Shown piece after piece: positions 1 through 10,111 of a DNA stretch of 64,000 nucleotides. Below the pieces are notes generated by a model. The model worked only from the letters and a program-made list of their open reading frames with translations. It had not been told where the DNA came from and ran no database searches. The stretch's first letter is position 1. Each line of letters begins with the position of its first letter. The stretch lies in contig JBKJIT010000003.1 of NCBI GenBank assembly GCA_046598345.1, positions 156,549 to 220,548 on the forward strand, written 5' to 3'. Origin of the DNA: Minisyncoccia bacterium (GTDB taxonomy: Bacteria; Patescibacteriota; Minisyncoccia; Phycocordibacterales; UBA918). A program made the position numbers and the translations under genes.

Positions 1-1350
1 GGTGCGCAGATTCCAAAGGGAGTAATGATGATGGGTGCGCCCGGTACGGGAAAGACACTCCTCGCACGTGCCGTTGCCGGTGAAGCTGGAGTACCGTTCC
101 TCACGATTTCAGGAAGTGAATTCGTTGAGATGTTTGTGGGGGTGGGTGCGAGTCGTGTACGCGATCTTTTCCAAATGGCGAAGAAAGCTGCGCCCTCCAT
201 TATCTTTGTGGACGAAATTGATGCGGTTGGACGAGTACGAGGTACTGGTGTTGGGGGAGGAAACGATGAACGCGAACAAACGCTTAACCAGATTCTCGTT
301 GAAATGGATGGATTTGAACCCAATGAAAAGGTAGTGGTGATCGCTGCGACGAATCGTCCTGATGTACTTGACCCAGCACTCTTACGCCCCGGTCGTTTTG
401 ACCGTCGTGTAACGATTGATCTTCCTGACCGTGAAGACCGAAAGGCAATTCTTGAAGTCCATGCGCGCAAGAAGCCATTCCAGGAAGATATCAATCTCGA
501 TGTGATCGCCCAACGAACACCAGGTTTCTCAGGAGCCGATCTGTATTCACTCATGAATGAAGGAGCTATTCTTGCAGCTCGTGAAGAGCGTAAAAAGATC
601 GGTCAGTTCGATCTCGTCCGCTCTATTGAAAAGGTGATGCTGGGGCCGGAACGAAAGAGTCACGTACTCAGTCGTCGTGAACGAGAAATTACTGCCTACC
701 ATGAGGCTGGACATGCACTCGTAGCATCAGTCCTTCCGTATGCTGATCCTGTCCAGAAGATTTCAATTATTTCTCGTGGTCGAGCTGCTGGGTATACGCT
801 CAAGCTTCCCGACGAAGATAGGCGCATGCAGTCAAAAAAAGAATTTCTTGATGATATTGCAATGACATTGGGAGGCTACATGACCGAGAAACTCATTTTC
901 GATGATCTTACGACGGGTCCATCAAACGATCTTCAGGTTATCGGTAACCTTGCGCGCGATATGGTTACAAAGTACGGCATGAGCGACAAGCTTGGGCCAA
1001 TTGCACTTGAAGGTACGGGCGGACGAATTTTAGGCGGAGGTATGAGTGAAGATCGTGGATTTTCGCACGAGATTGCAAAGCAGATTGACGACGAAGTTGC
1101 TGCAATAATCGAACAAGGAAAACACCGAGCATTGGAAATTCTCACAAAAAATCGTGGCGCGCTCGACGCGGTTGCGAAGCGTCTACTTGAAGTTGAAACA
1201 CTCGAACGTGAAGAGTACGAGGCAATCCTAAAGACTGAAGGTGTGCAGATAAACGATGCGTATAAAGACATGCGTGAAAAGGCTGAGCGAATGGGGGATC
1301 CAACGAAGACACTGGAACCAGATACGGACGTCCTCGCTGGGAAGCTGTAA
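1..1350 (+). CDS. ftsH: ATP-dependent zinc metalloprotease FtsH (5' part outside window)
   Basis: Walker A GAPGTGKT, Walker [27 protein letters not shown] zinc motif. Confidence 0.97.
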   Translation, partial: GAQIPKGVMMMGAPGTGKTLLARAVAGEAGVPFLTISGSEFVEMFVGVGASRVRDLFQMAKKAAPSIIFVDEIDAVGRVRGTGVGGGNDEREQTLNQILVEMDGFEPNEKVVVIAATNRPDVLDPALLRPGRFDRRVTIDLPDREDRKAILEVHARKKPFQEDINLDVIAQRTPGFSGADLYSLMNEGAILAAREERKKIGQFDLVRSIEKVMLGPERKSHVLSRREREITAYHEAGHALVASVLPYADPVQKISIISRGRAAGYTLKLPDEDRRMQSKKEFLDDIAMTLGGYMTEKLIFDDLTTGPSNDLQVIGNLARDMVTKYGMSDKLGPIALEGTGGRILGGGMSEDRGFSHEIAKQIDDEVAAIIEQGKHRALEILTKNRGALDAVAKRLLEVETLEREEYEAILKTEGVQINDAYKDMREKAERMGDPTKTLEPDTDVLAGKL

Positions 1351-1366
1351 ATAAATAGACAAAGAA

Positions 1367-1394
1367 AAAACGGGTCGCGTGAGCGACCCGTTTT
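1367..1394. terminator. Bidirectional intrinsic terminator
   Basis: aaaa-cgggtcgc-gtga-gcgacccg-tttt between convergent ORFs. Confidence 0.8.
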
Positions 1395-1401
1395 ACTCAT
1401 T

Positions 1402-1857
1402 TCAACTCTTGAGAGTCCATGCCGCTGGGTGTATGAGGAGTGACCAAAATGCGTGTCTGTACACTTGCACAAACTTTTTGAAGTCACCCCGCCGCCAGTT
1501 TTTGCGGTATTCCCAATTGCGCTTCAGCGCTCGGAGAAGCAGAAGTGGAACGGAGCGTGTCTCGAGGGGTTGTTGGTCTCTTCTACTGCAGAAGAGACCA
1601 AACCCTACTACTTTATTCTGGCGATGAGCATCGACGTGAAGTGCTACTGAGAATGGTGAATATTTTTCGCAGTACGATACATCTCGTAGCACAACCATTA
1701 TCTGATGCAATGCTGGTAAGTAGTACGCAGCCGGCCTGAATGAGCGAAAATTCTCTCGCATGAAGGCAGAAAGTAAGGTAGAGTTTGATTCTTCACTTCG
1801 ATCCATTGCAATCTCCTTGTGATGAGGAACATCTAAAAATATATTGTACCACACCAC
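1402..1857 (-). CDS. Hypothetical protein
   Basis: 151-aa ORF ending at the terminator; AGGAG SD before internal Met (MDRSEE) suggests a later start. Confidence 0.55.
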   Translation of the reverse strand: MVWYNIFLDVPHHKEIAMDRSEESNSTLLSAFMRENFRSFRPAAYYLPALHQIMVVLRDVSYCEKYSPFSVALHVDAHRQNKVVGFGLFCSRRDQQPLETRSVPLLLLRALKRNWEYRKNWRRGDFKKFVQVYRHAFWSLLIHPAAWTLKS

Positions 1858-1933
1858 GAACGAACGTATCGCTCCGCTTCGTACATGTCGTGTCAGGTTG
1901 CTAATTCACTACGTTCACTTCGCTTCGGACATT

Positions 1934-2176
1934 GTCGTCACGAGTTACTAAGTTGAATTTCAGCTTCGCTCAAATTCTACTAAGTACTCGCGACCCCACC
2001 TCACTCACTTTGTTTCCTTATGGTCAACAAAGTATCGTTCCGGTTCGGACATAATCAGTCGTCACTGATTGCTAAGTATAATTATCGCTTTGCTCAAATT
2101 ATTCTAAGCATCATCGACCCCAGCTCGCTGGTTCGCTGCTCAAGGTATAGCAGCTCACATCGCTCCGCTTCGGACA
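1934..2176 (-). repeat. Two tandem ~120-bp structured elements downstream of tRNA-Ile (family A)
   Basis: Units 1934-2051 and 2058-2176 share gtcgtcac..ctaag..cgacccca..atcgYtccgSttcggaca. Confidence 0.75.
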
Positions 2177-2219
2177 CATACTAAAAAACCTGACACAAAG
2201 TCAGGTTTTTTAGTATGTG

Positions 2220-2292
2220 TCCGCCCGCTTGGACTTGAACCAAGGACCACCGAGGTATAAGCTCGGCGCTCTACCAACTGAGCTACAGGCGG
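2220..2292 (-). tRNA. tRNA-Ile(UAU)
   Basis: Cloverleaf CCGCCTG/CGGGCGG acceptor, anticodon arm ccgag-CT TAT AC-ctcgg, T-loop TTCAAGT; CCA not encoded. Confidence 0.93.
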
Positions 2293-2828
2293 AAGTGAGG
2301 GGGGGCGCGCAAGCTTGCTTGCAGGTTCCCCGAATGCACCGCATGAAAGATTTCTCTTACAGCGGAAGTGAGAAAGATAGTAAAAAAGAAGAGTTCACTA
2401 TTCTTTTTTTATTAGCCTTTCGAACGGGCCGCCTGTATGGAATTTTTCAAAATTCCATACAGGCGGCAAGAAACTCTGTATACGTCGCTGTCATTCAGCC
2501 GGCAAACAAGGGTTTCTTGCTCCAAAACTATAGCGCATAGCCCTTGTCAAAACAATCGACAAAGAGAAAGGGTCGACGTTGAATGCACGCCGACCCTGTA
2601 TTTCATGACGCGCTTGCGTCACTCTGCTGCGCTTACCTCCTTTCCGCGCGAGTAAGTACAGAAAGCATAGGAAACTTCATTGCAAAAGTCAAAGAGTGTT
2701 CATGCTCACAATATAAAATGGAAGGACCGGTACACACATGTGTTCCGGTCCGTGGGTGATTTATGTTTCCAGCGTTGACGGGGCTGCTCCCGAGATTTTG
2801 ACCACCTCCTCTCGCATGAACTACTGTG

Positions 2829-2857
2829 AGCATAAAGCCACTTCACTCCTAAGTCAA
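2829..2857 (-). promoter_or_regulatory. Sigma70-like promoter
   Basis: TTGACT-N17-TATGCT on minus strand. Confidence 0.5.
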
Positions 2858-2869
2858 ATCCCATTGTGG

Positions 2870-3410
2870 AAAAATGAAAAGGCCGACACAAATTTGCATT
2901 TGCGTCGGCCCGCCGCTGTTTCCGGCTATTATACCTCTGAGAACTAACCCTTGACCGGAGGCCGCGAGCGACTAGTCGCTTGGCCTCCGGGTACTACTGG
3001 CGTCGAGCTGTGACTTGAGCGAGCTTTGGCGAGAGTAGTCTAAGCTTTCCTGCCAGACCGGGTTTGCACAGCGCAACTCGGTCCTTTTTACAAATCGGTA
3101 CAGATCGTCGGTCCTATTCGTCCGACTCACGCGCGGTCGTTGGTGTATCAAGCGCGTGCCTAACATAAGCTACGGCCAGACCATACAGCCTCCTTTCGGC
3201 TTCGCGAGGGTGAATATAATTGACCCAACGACGTCAGGTCAAGAGCGCTGGGCTGGCGGATCGCAACAGCATGCTGCTATTGCGATCGTGCCCGGGCCGC
3301 CGGCGAATCAATCCAGGTATGCACTCATCGACGTTTTGATCGTCAAGTAGCGTCTCCTTTCTTTAAAATGTGATGAACAATGTCCAAAGCGGTGTTTTGA
3401 CCCGCTCGAC
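2870..3410 (-). ncRNA. Candidate ~530-nt structured non-coding RNA
   Basis: Upstream promoter, many GC-rich hairpins, terminator hairpin 2881-2910 plus U-tract, no convincing ORF. Confidence 0.4.
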
Positions 3411-3416
3411 TTCAGT

Positions 3417-3444
3417 ATCATAGCACACCCTCAAATATTGTCAA
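3417..3444 (-). promoter_or_regulatory. Sigma70-like promoter
   Basis: TTGACA-N16-TATGAT with extended -10 TG. Confidence 0.6.
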
Positions 3445-3582
3445 GTATTAAAATCTATTCTGTAATATGAAGGAAGTGTGAAATCCTAATTTTGGCTTGA
3501 AATAATGCTCTTTTAGCTAAAAAAAGACCCCAGCCGTACGGCTGGGGTCAAGGGGGTCTTGCGTGTTTTAGGTTGCGCCGGG

Positions 3583-3942
3583 TTACTTCTTCGGCGCGGC
3601 CGGTGGGACAGGAGCGGGTGCAGGCGCTGGAGCCGGCTTTGCAGCTGCGGGAGCTGCCGGTGCAGGTGCCATCGCTTTGGGTGCATCCTTGGCCGGAGCT
3701 GACTTCTTCGCCTTCTTCGACTTCTTCGCTTTCGCCTTCATGGCCTTCGCTGGCGCTTTTGCGGTCGCGGGTACCGCTGCCGGTGCAGGTGCCACAACTT
3801 TCGCTGGTGCCGCGGCGGCCGAAGGTGCTGCTGCCGGTGCAGGTGCCACAACTTTCGCTGGTGCCGCCGTTTGCGCCATGGCCGAGCTCAACATACTTGC
3901 GGTCGCCAGAGCGGCCGTAAGGTACAACAGGGACTTCTTCAT
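3583..3942 (-). CDS. Secreted Ala/Pro/Lys-rich low-complexity protein
   Basis: AAGGAGGT SD, signal peptide MKKSLLYLTAALATASMLSSAMA, repeated APAKVVAPAPAA; terminator at about 3519-3550. Confidence 0.8.
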   Translation of the reverse strand: MKKSLLYLTAALATASMLSSAMAQTAAPAKVVAPAPAAAPSAAAAPAKVVAPAPAAVPATAKAPAKAMKAKAKKSKKAKKSAPAKDAPKAMAPAPAAPAAAKPAPAPAPAPVPPAAPKK

Positions 3943-4134
3943 CTCAACTACCTCCTTGATTATCACTCACACGGATGTGCGAGTTGATTTCTGATTCTTA
4001 CTGTAAATATTACTTTTGTCAATCTCTTAAAAAAATCTGCATCACGTTCACATTTTTGTAATAAAACCCACTAATAAAAATTCCCTCGCGATGAAACTTG
4101 CGAGGGAATTGATCGACCGTTATGGAAACGATGA

Positions 4135-4554
4135 TCAGGAGATCTGGTACGGACCGGCTTCTGCGGTGAGGCGCTGGGGCTGCCGACTGCCGAGCGGAAC
4201 CGTCATGCCGCCGCCGATTTGCAAACGCCCACTGGTGTAGCTCGTGCTGATGAACTTGGTTTCGTCGACGTTGGTTTGCTTCGTGTGCTGCCAGCGTTCC
4301 GGAACGGTGTTCAGGTAGTCAACATTCGGCGCAATCGCCGCCTTGTTCATCTGCGCGAACGGACCGTCGGGCGCTTTTGGCGTCACGGGGTGACCAGCCT
4401 TGTTGAACGTCAGGTAGATCTGGTCTTGCCCGCTGTTGTATGCCGACATGTGACGATTGAGCTGCTGGTTACAGTCGCCCGCAATGACGGGCGTCGAGAT
4501 TGTTGCCAGTGCTGCTCCAACGACGAGTGCGATGCTGCGGAAACGCGTTCTCAT
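4135..4554 (-). CDS. Secreted hypothetical protein
   Basis: GAGGAG SD, signal peptide MRTRFRSIALVVGAALATISTPVIA; downstream hairpin terminator at about 4079-4110. Confidence 0.7.
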   Translation of the reverse strand: MRTRFRSIALVVGAALATISTPVIAGDCNQQLNRHMSAYNSGQDQIYLTFNKAGHPVTPKAPDGPFAQMNKAAIAPNVDYLNTVPERWQHTKQTNVDETKFISTSYTSGRLQIGGGMTVPLGSRQPQRLTAEAGPYQIS

Positions 4555-4652
4555 CTCCGACTCCTCTCTGTTGATCAAACGTGGGGTCACGTTCGATATA
4601 TTTGTTGTACACCTCATGGGTTCTTCACACAAGTACTCGAGGTGCAGAGAAC

Positions 4653-6872
4653 TCATTCCATATGGAGATCTTTGCCAAGTGTCAGAATCTTTTCGCGAAG
4701 AAGGGGATACTCCGTAAGTTCGGAGTCAGTCTCTATAAGTAATTGTGCCTCTTTTCTCGCCGCCTCTACCATCTTTATATTTTTAATCGCCTCCATGCCC
4801 AGGTCGGTGAGCCCCCACTGCTTCATGCCATAGAGTTCACCCGAGCCCCGGAGCGCAAGATCGAATTCCGCGAGCTCAAATCCGTTCTTCGCAGTCGTGA
4901 GTGCCTTGAGGCGCTCGAGGGTGCGTCCACTTTTTCCTGTGCTGTCTTTTGAAGTTACCGCAAAGCAGTACGCTTGGTGCTCACTCCGAATCACTCGCCC
5001 GCGAAGCTGGTGGAGTTGCGAGAGGCCAAATCGCTCTGCGCCTTCAATAAGAATATTAGTTGCGTTTGGCACATTGACGCCCACCTCGACAACCGATGTT
5101 GCGACTAGAATGTCGATGTTGTGTTCAAGAAACCGCTTCATCACGTCATCCTTTTCCTTCGGAGTCATTTTACTGTGGAGGATGCCAATGCGTGCAGTCT
5201 TAAACACTTCCTTTTTGAGTCGCAGAGCCTCTGCTTTTACTGACTTGAGCTGTAGCGCATTTTCTTTTAATGGGTCAGGTTCATCAATGCGCGGGCAGAT
5301 TATGTATGCCTGTCTTCCAGCTTTGATCTCGCCCTTCATATGTTCGTACACCTCAGCAATTTTAGTGGGAATCACGACTTTAGTGATGATGGGCTTTCGT
5401 CCCTTGGGCATTTCGTCGAGAAGGGAAATATCGAGGTCCCCATAGACGGTCAAGGCAAGCGTTCGAGGGATAGGAGTCGCCGTCATGGAGAGGAGGTGCG
5501 GCATACGAGTATCTTTCTTCGCGAGCGCACGCCGTTGCGAGGTCCCAAAGCGATGCTGTTCGTCGATAATGACATGCGCCAGGTGTTTGAATGCAACTGA
5601 TTTGTAGATCAGGGCATGTGTGCCGATAAGAATAGGAATTTCTCCATTCTGCACCCACTTAAGGAGCTGTGTCTTTGAGATTGTCGTTGGCTTTGAGGGA
5701 TTCGTCTTTGAAGGGAACTTCATGCAGCCGCTTCCTGTAATGAGTCCAATCTGAATTGGGAGGTGCTTAAAATATTCGATGAATGACTCGAAATGCTGTT
5801 TCGCAAGGATTTCTGTGGGTGCCATGTAGGCAACTTGGAGATTCCCGTATTCGAGAGAACCCACGGACCTCACGGAGGTCCGGCCTCCGTGAGGATTTAA
5901 ACCTTCCGGTGGCCTCGAGGTGGCGACGGCGTACGCGGTTGTGGCAGCGACCGCCGTCTTTCCGCTTCCCACATCTCCTTCGAGAAGTCGTGACATCGGA
6001 TGCTTCCCGGTGAAGTCCTTCAGCATTGCTGAAATGGCCCGCGTCTGTGCGTTCGTGAGCGGGAACGGGAAGCGAGAGGTGAATGCCTTGATGTGCTCTT
6101 CTTCAGTTTTAAATTGGTAGCTCGTCGAGACGGATATTTGGGCGCGCTCCTTTGCTTTTGCGAGCTGGATGCCAAAGACCTCTTCAAAGGCGAACCGCTT
6201 TCGTGCACTCTCTGCATGTTCCGCTTTCTTAGGAGTGTGTATCCAAATGAGCGCTGTACTAAGTACGGGTAGGTTGTATCGTTTGAGCACTTCGCTAGGT
6301 ATTGGGTCAGCGAGCTTCTCAAGGACGCCTGCACTAAAACACTTTTGCACCGTATGAAAAAACCATTTTGAGGTCACGCCCTTGGTTTCTCGGTATACGG
6401 GATAGATAGTCTCGTCTAAGTTTTCGGTGTTTTTGAAAATGGAATCGTGTCGGTCAATGGGAAGGCTTTCTAACTTTTCAATTTCAGGATTCGCGAGGTA
6501 GAGCTTTCCGTCACTCCCTGTCACTTTTCCCGCGAGCTTTACGTACGTGCCATCGGTGAGCATCTTTGCGATGTACGGTTGGTTAAACCACATGATCTTG
6601 ATTCTCGCTGTGCCATCCTCAACCCAGCCTTCTGAAATCGGTACGCGACTCTTCCACGATTTACGAGTGTTGAGCCCGCCAATTTGTCCATAGACCACCG
6701 CATCCTCTCCCTTTGTGAGTGAGCCAACAGATTGAATCGATGAAATATCCTCGTAGCGCTGCGGTACATGGAGGAGTAGATCTTGCACAGTTAAAACGCC
6801 TAAGCGTTTCAGAGCCTTTTGATGGATCTGATCAACTCTGAAATGGGAAGTAAGGAGATCGTGAGGCGACAC
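4653..6872 (-). CDS. recG: ATP-dependent DNA helicase RecG
   Basis: RLLEGDVGSGKT, DEQHRFG, MTATPIPRTL, QLHQLRGRV; start set at GTG 6872. Confidence 0.96.
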   Translation of the reverse strand: MSPHDLLTSHFRVDQIHQKALKRLGVLTVQDLLLHVPQRYEDISSIQSVGSLTKGEDAVVYGQIGGLNTRKSWKSRVPISEGWVEDGTARIKIMWFNQPYIAKMLTDGTYVKLAGKVTGSDGKLYLANPEIEKLESLPIDRHDSIFKNTENLDETIYPVYRETKGVTSKWFFHTVQKCFSAGVLEKLADPIPSEVLKRYNLPVLSTALIWIHTPKKAEHAESARKRFAFEEVFGIQLAKAKERAQISVSTSYQFKTEEEHIKAFTSRFPFPLTNAQTRAISAMLKDFTGKHPMSRLLEGDVGSGKTAVAATTAYAVATSRPPEGLNPHGGRTSVRSVGSLEYGNLQVAYMAPTEILAKQHFESFIEYFKHLPIQIGLITGSGCMKFPSKTNPSKPTTISKTQLLKWVQNGEIPILIGTHALIYKSVAFKHLAHVIIDEQHRFGTSQRRALAKKDTRMPHLLSMTATPIPRTLALTVYGDLDISLLDEMPKGRKPIITKVVIPTKIAEVYEHMKGEIKAGRQAYIICPRIDEPDPLKENALQLKSVKAEALRLKKEVFKTARIGILHSKMTPKEKDDVMKRFLEHNIDILVATSVVEVGVNVPNATNILIEGAERFGLSQLHQLRGRVIRSEHQAYCFAVTSKDSTGKSGRTLERLKALTTAKNGFELAEFDLALRGSGELYGMKQWGLTDLGMEAIKNIKMVEAARKEAQLLIETDSELTEYPLLREKILTLGKDLHME

Positions 6873-6954
6873 GTTTCTATAGTACCAGATTGGAAGAAAT
6901 TGAAAGAATACAAAAGAAAAAGCCGGCGCAACGTGCGCCGGCTTCAAATCACGT

Positions 6955-7563
6955 TTACACCCGAGTCTTCCTTGCGGCAACAACGAGCTGTCCGTTCGAG
7001 AATCCGAACGTGACTTCGGTGTCAGTAGTGAGGCCACGGGCCGTGAGATGTGGTATGGGACGATATCGCTCTCCGGTGTCCAAGCGCTTGCGCAAACTGT
7101 CTTCACAGAGTTTCCGAAGCCTATCAAGTGAAGGAACTTCCCGCGCCTTTAATGATACAAAGAGGGGAGTGGCGTTCCGGGGAATGTCTTGGATCAAGAT
7201 CATTAGTCCTTCGCGGGTAATTCGATACGCTCCTTCCGCGAAGAAGTGCTCCGCGGCTGTTAGTGTGTCGGCGTATACTCTTGCCCACTCCGCTGCTTTA
7301 CGTAATGTTGACCCTGAAGGGACAGTCAGGGGTTCAACCTCAGCGCGAATCACGAGGAACCATTCAGAAGTAAATAGGCGCGTGGGGGCTTCTTGCACTT
7401 CTTCTCGTTGTTGATAGAGACTCATCGCGGGGAGAAGAACAAGAAAGAACATCACTGCTAACTTCGCAAACCCCTCTCGATCGTTACTCATGAGTGAAGC
7501 GAGGCACATTGCAAATAGCACAGAGTACCAAACCGCACTTGTTTCAGTCAGTATCTTTTTCAA
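6955..7563 (-). CDS. Hypothetical membrane protein
   Basis: Two N-terminal hydrophobic helices, GGAGG SD, downstream hairpin terminator. Confidence 0.65.
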   Translation of the reverse strand: MKKILTETSAVWYSVLFAMCLASLMSNDREGFAKLAVMFFLVLLPAMSLYQQREEVQEAPTRLFTSEWFLVIRAEVEPLTVPSGSTLRKAAEWARVYADTLTAAEHFFAEGAYRITREGLMILIQDIPRNATPLFVSLKAREVPSLDRLRKLCEDSLRKRLDTGERYRPIPHLTARGLTTDTEVTFGFSNGQLVVAARKTRV

Positions 7564-7727
7564 GGTGCACCTCCCTTAGGGTTGTCAGTCTCGCATTACC
7601 ATACAACATTTTATGCTTACTCGAAAGAGACTGGCCGTGAAGCCGTAGGAGGTTGGTTTCTGATGAAAAGCGGGTGATTTTCTCTTAAGTTTCTTTTATA
7701 CCGTGAAAGGTGTCGTATACTATGCGG

Positions 7728-8894
7728 ATGAAAAAAAATGCTACTATAAAAAAAATTCGTAAGGACTATGGCAAGCTTTCGCTTGCACTCCATAAAAAAT
7801 TCCATGGAAAGCTCGAGGTGGTATCTAAGCATAAGCTCGTAACACGAGATGACTGGAGCCGGATGTATACACCCGGTATTGCTGCGGTTTCGAGTCATTT
7901 AGCCAAGAATCCGAAGGATGCGCGCATGTACAGCATTAAAGGAAATACTGTTGCTGTCATTAGTGATGGTTCTGCGGTATTAGGGCTGGGCAATATTGGA
8001 CCTCTGGGAGCACTTCCAGTTATGGAGGGTAAGTGTGCGATTTTAAAAGAGATGGCAGGGGTAGATGCGTTTCCTCTTGTTCTCGATGTGCACGGAGTAG
8101 ATGAGATTGTCGCTGTGGTGAAAGCAATTGCACCAGGATTTGGAGGAATTAATTTGGAGGATATTGCTGCGCCGAAATGTTTTGAAATTGAAGAACGCCT
8201 GAAGAAAGAGCTTACGATTCCTATTATGCATGACGATCAGCACGGGACGGCGATCGTGGTGCTTGCTGGACTAATTAATGCGGCAAAGGTTGTGGGAAAG
8301 AAGCTCGAATCACTGAGAGTCGTGATTGTGGGAGCGGGTGCTGCAGGTCGCGCAACGGCACTTCTCTTACTCAAGGCCGGCATTACGGACGTTATTGTGC
8401 TCGACAGTAAAGGGATTATATACAAAGGTCGTACGGGTATGGTTTCCTATAAGCTCGAATTGGCGAGGATCACAAATCCCCGGAACGTGAAAGGCGAACT
8501 GCTCGAAGCCGTTCAGGGCGCGGACGCGCTCATTGGAGTCTCTGGTCCTGGAACAGTTGCAAAAATGCACGTTGAGAAGATGGCAAAGAATTCGATTGTC
8601 TTTGCGCTCGCAAATCCAATTCCAGAAATCATGCCGGAGGACGCAAAACAGGCAGGAGCACGTGTGGTAGGAACTGGACGTTCAGACTTACCAAATCAGG
8701 TTAATAATTCTCTCGTATTTCCAGGAATTTTCCGAGGCGCGCTCGACAATGGGATTAACGTTATTACTGACGAAATAAAACTCACGGCCGCCAAGAAGCT
8801 TGCGAGTCTCGTCAAGAAACCAACTGCTGAAGAAATCATTCCACACGTTATGCTCCCTGGCCTTGTGAAAGCGATTGCGAGTGTGATCAAGTAA
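7728..8894 (+). CDS. NAD(P)-dependent malic enzyme
   Basis: YTPG, DGSAVLGLGNIG, INLEDI, HDDQHGTA, GAGAAG, PNQVNN. Confidence 0.95.
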   Translation: MKKNATIKKIRKDYGKLSLALHKKFHGKLEVVSKHKLVTRDDWSRMYTPGIAAVSSHLAKNPKDARMYSIKGNTVAVISDGSAVLGLGNIGPLGALPVMEGKCAILKEMAGVDAFPLVLDVHGVDEIVAVVKAIAPGFGGINLEDIAAPKCFEIEERLKKELTIPIMHDDQHGTAIVVLAGLINAAKVVGKKLESLRVVIVGAGAAGRATALLLLKAGITDVIVLDSKGIIYKGRTGMVSYKLELARITNPRNVKGELLEAVQGADALIGVSGPGTVAKMHVEKMAKNSIVFALANPIPEIMPEDAKQAGARVVGTGRSDLPNQVNNSLVFPGIFRGALDNGINVITDEIKLTAAKKLASLVKKPTAEEIIPHVMLPGLVKAIASVIK

Positions 8895-9108
8895 AACAAT
8901 CCTGTCGTAGCATCCCCGATGCAGAGCATGTGTAGCATTGCTCGACAGGCACCAGGTTGTTTTTCTAGAAGTAGTCTGTGCTCCGCACACACACGATGCT
9001 GCGACGATTCATCCCCGCAGCAAAGCTGTCGGGGCATTCTCGTCGTTCGCTAGTAAACAATAAAAACACCCCGCCCACGAAGTGGACGGGGTGTTTTTAT
9101 GAAGAGCT

Positions 9109-9642
9109 CTAGTAAAATTTTGCTTCGTACTCAAGCTTCGACATAACCCGCACTAGGCCTGTATCTTCGAAGCTTGAATGATTGTGGTAACCCCACGCCC
9201 CGTTTTCAGTAAACGTAAAACTCCACGCCCCGCCTTTTTTAATGTCTTTGCAGGAATCAAATGAGCTTCCTTTGCAGTCGCTCCTATTTTCCACCGGATA
9301 GAGACTGTGGCTCGGGTGATTGTTTGAAGCAACCCACATATCTTCACCACTAGTATTCATAAACTGTACTGTCCCACCCGTAACAATGGTCACCTCCTTT
9401 GGAATGAATGATTTGCCATCGTATACGACGAGGGCACTTTCAGGGTACACCGGCTTTGGAAGTTCGTAGACTGGGCCGTCATCTTTCCTAATAGTCTCGC
9501 TTGAAACAGCCCGTTGAATTGTTTTTTCTCCTTCCATCTCAGCAACCGCTTCCTCTGGCGCTGCAGCCATCTTGGGTTGTAAGTAATAATAGCCCCCGTA
9601 CACCGCCGCTCCTAAAACTAGGAAAAATAGTATTGCTTTCAT
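9109..9642 (-). CDS. Membrane-anchored cupredoxin-like protein
   Basis: N-terminal TM; F.P.EVTI..G.TV.F.N, ASNNHPSH, WSFTF...G.WGYHNH. Confidence 0.75.
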   Translation of the reverse strand: MKAILFFLVLGAAVYGGYYYLQPKMAAAPEEAVAEMEGEKTIQRAVSSETIRKDDGPVYELPKPVYPESALVVYDGKSFIPKEVTIVTGGTVQFMNTSGEDMWVASNNHPSHSLYPVENRSDCKGSSFDSCKDIKKGGAWSFTFTENGAWGYHNHSSFEDTGLVRVMSKLEYEAKFY

Positions 9643-9765
9643 ATTTGCGATCCTACAACGAAATTTCCGTTTTGTATAGTGGCCCTGGTAGTTACCGAAA
9701 ATGATAGTTCTAAACATGCGTTTGAATCTATGCTATTCTGGGTCGCATTCTCATGTATATCTGGG

Positions 9766-9975
9766 ATATGGAGAGTTGGCTGAGTGGATCAAATTGTATG
9801 GGACATAATTTGATCTGACTGAAAGGAAGTGGACGAACTTGTTCGACCACGTAAAGCCACCTTGAAATGAACAATGGAGAGTTGGCTGAGCTGCGTGAAG
9901 AAGAAACTGCTTTCTTCTGAACCGGTACTTGTACCGGACCACTCAGTCAACAAGCCGCGCAAGCGGTCTCCATAT
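9766..9975 (+). repeat. Direct and inverted partial copies of the tRNA-Ser 5' end
   Basis: atggagagttggctgag at 9768 and 9874; split inverted copy at about 9938-9975. Confidence 0.85.
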
Positions 9976-9992
9976 GAACGAAGTGAATATAT

Positions 9993-10078
9993 GGAGAGTT
10001 GGCTGAGTGGTCGAAAGCACCTCACTGCTAACGAGGCAGGGTCAAAAGCCCTCGCGAGTTCGAATCTCGCACTCTCCG
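9993..10078 (+). tRNA. tRNA-Ser(GCU)
   Basis: GGAGAGT/ACTCTCC acceptor, loop CT GCT AA, long variable arm, TTCGAAT. Confidence 0.95.
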
Positions 10079-10111
10079 CCCAAGAAACCAGTTATCGGCA
10101 TAAACCGACAC

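Noticed and set aside
6873-7127. N-terminal extension of RecG in the ORF track
   Set aside because: Overlaps the upstream gene and its terminator; homology-like sequence begins near 6872.
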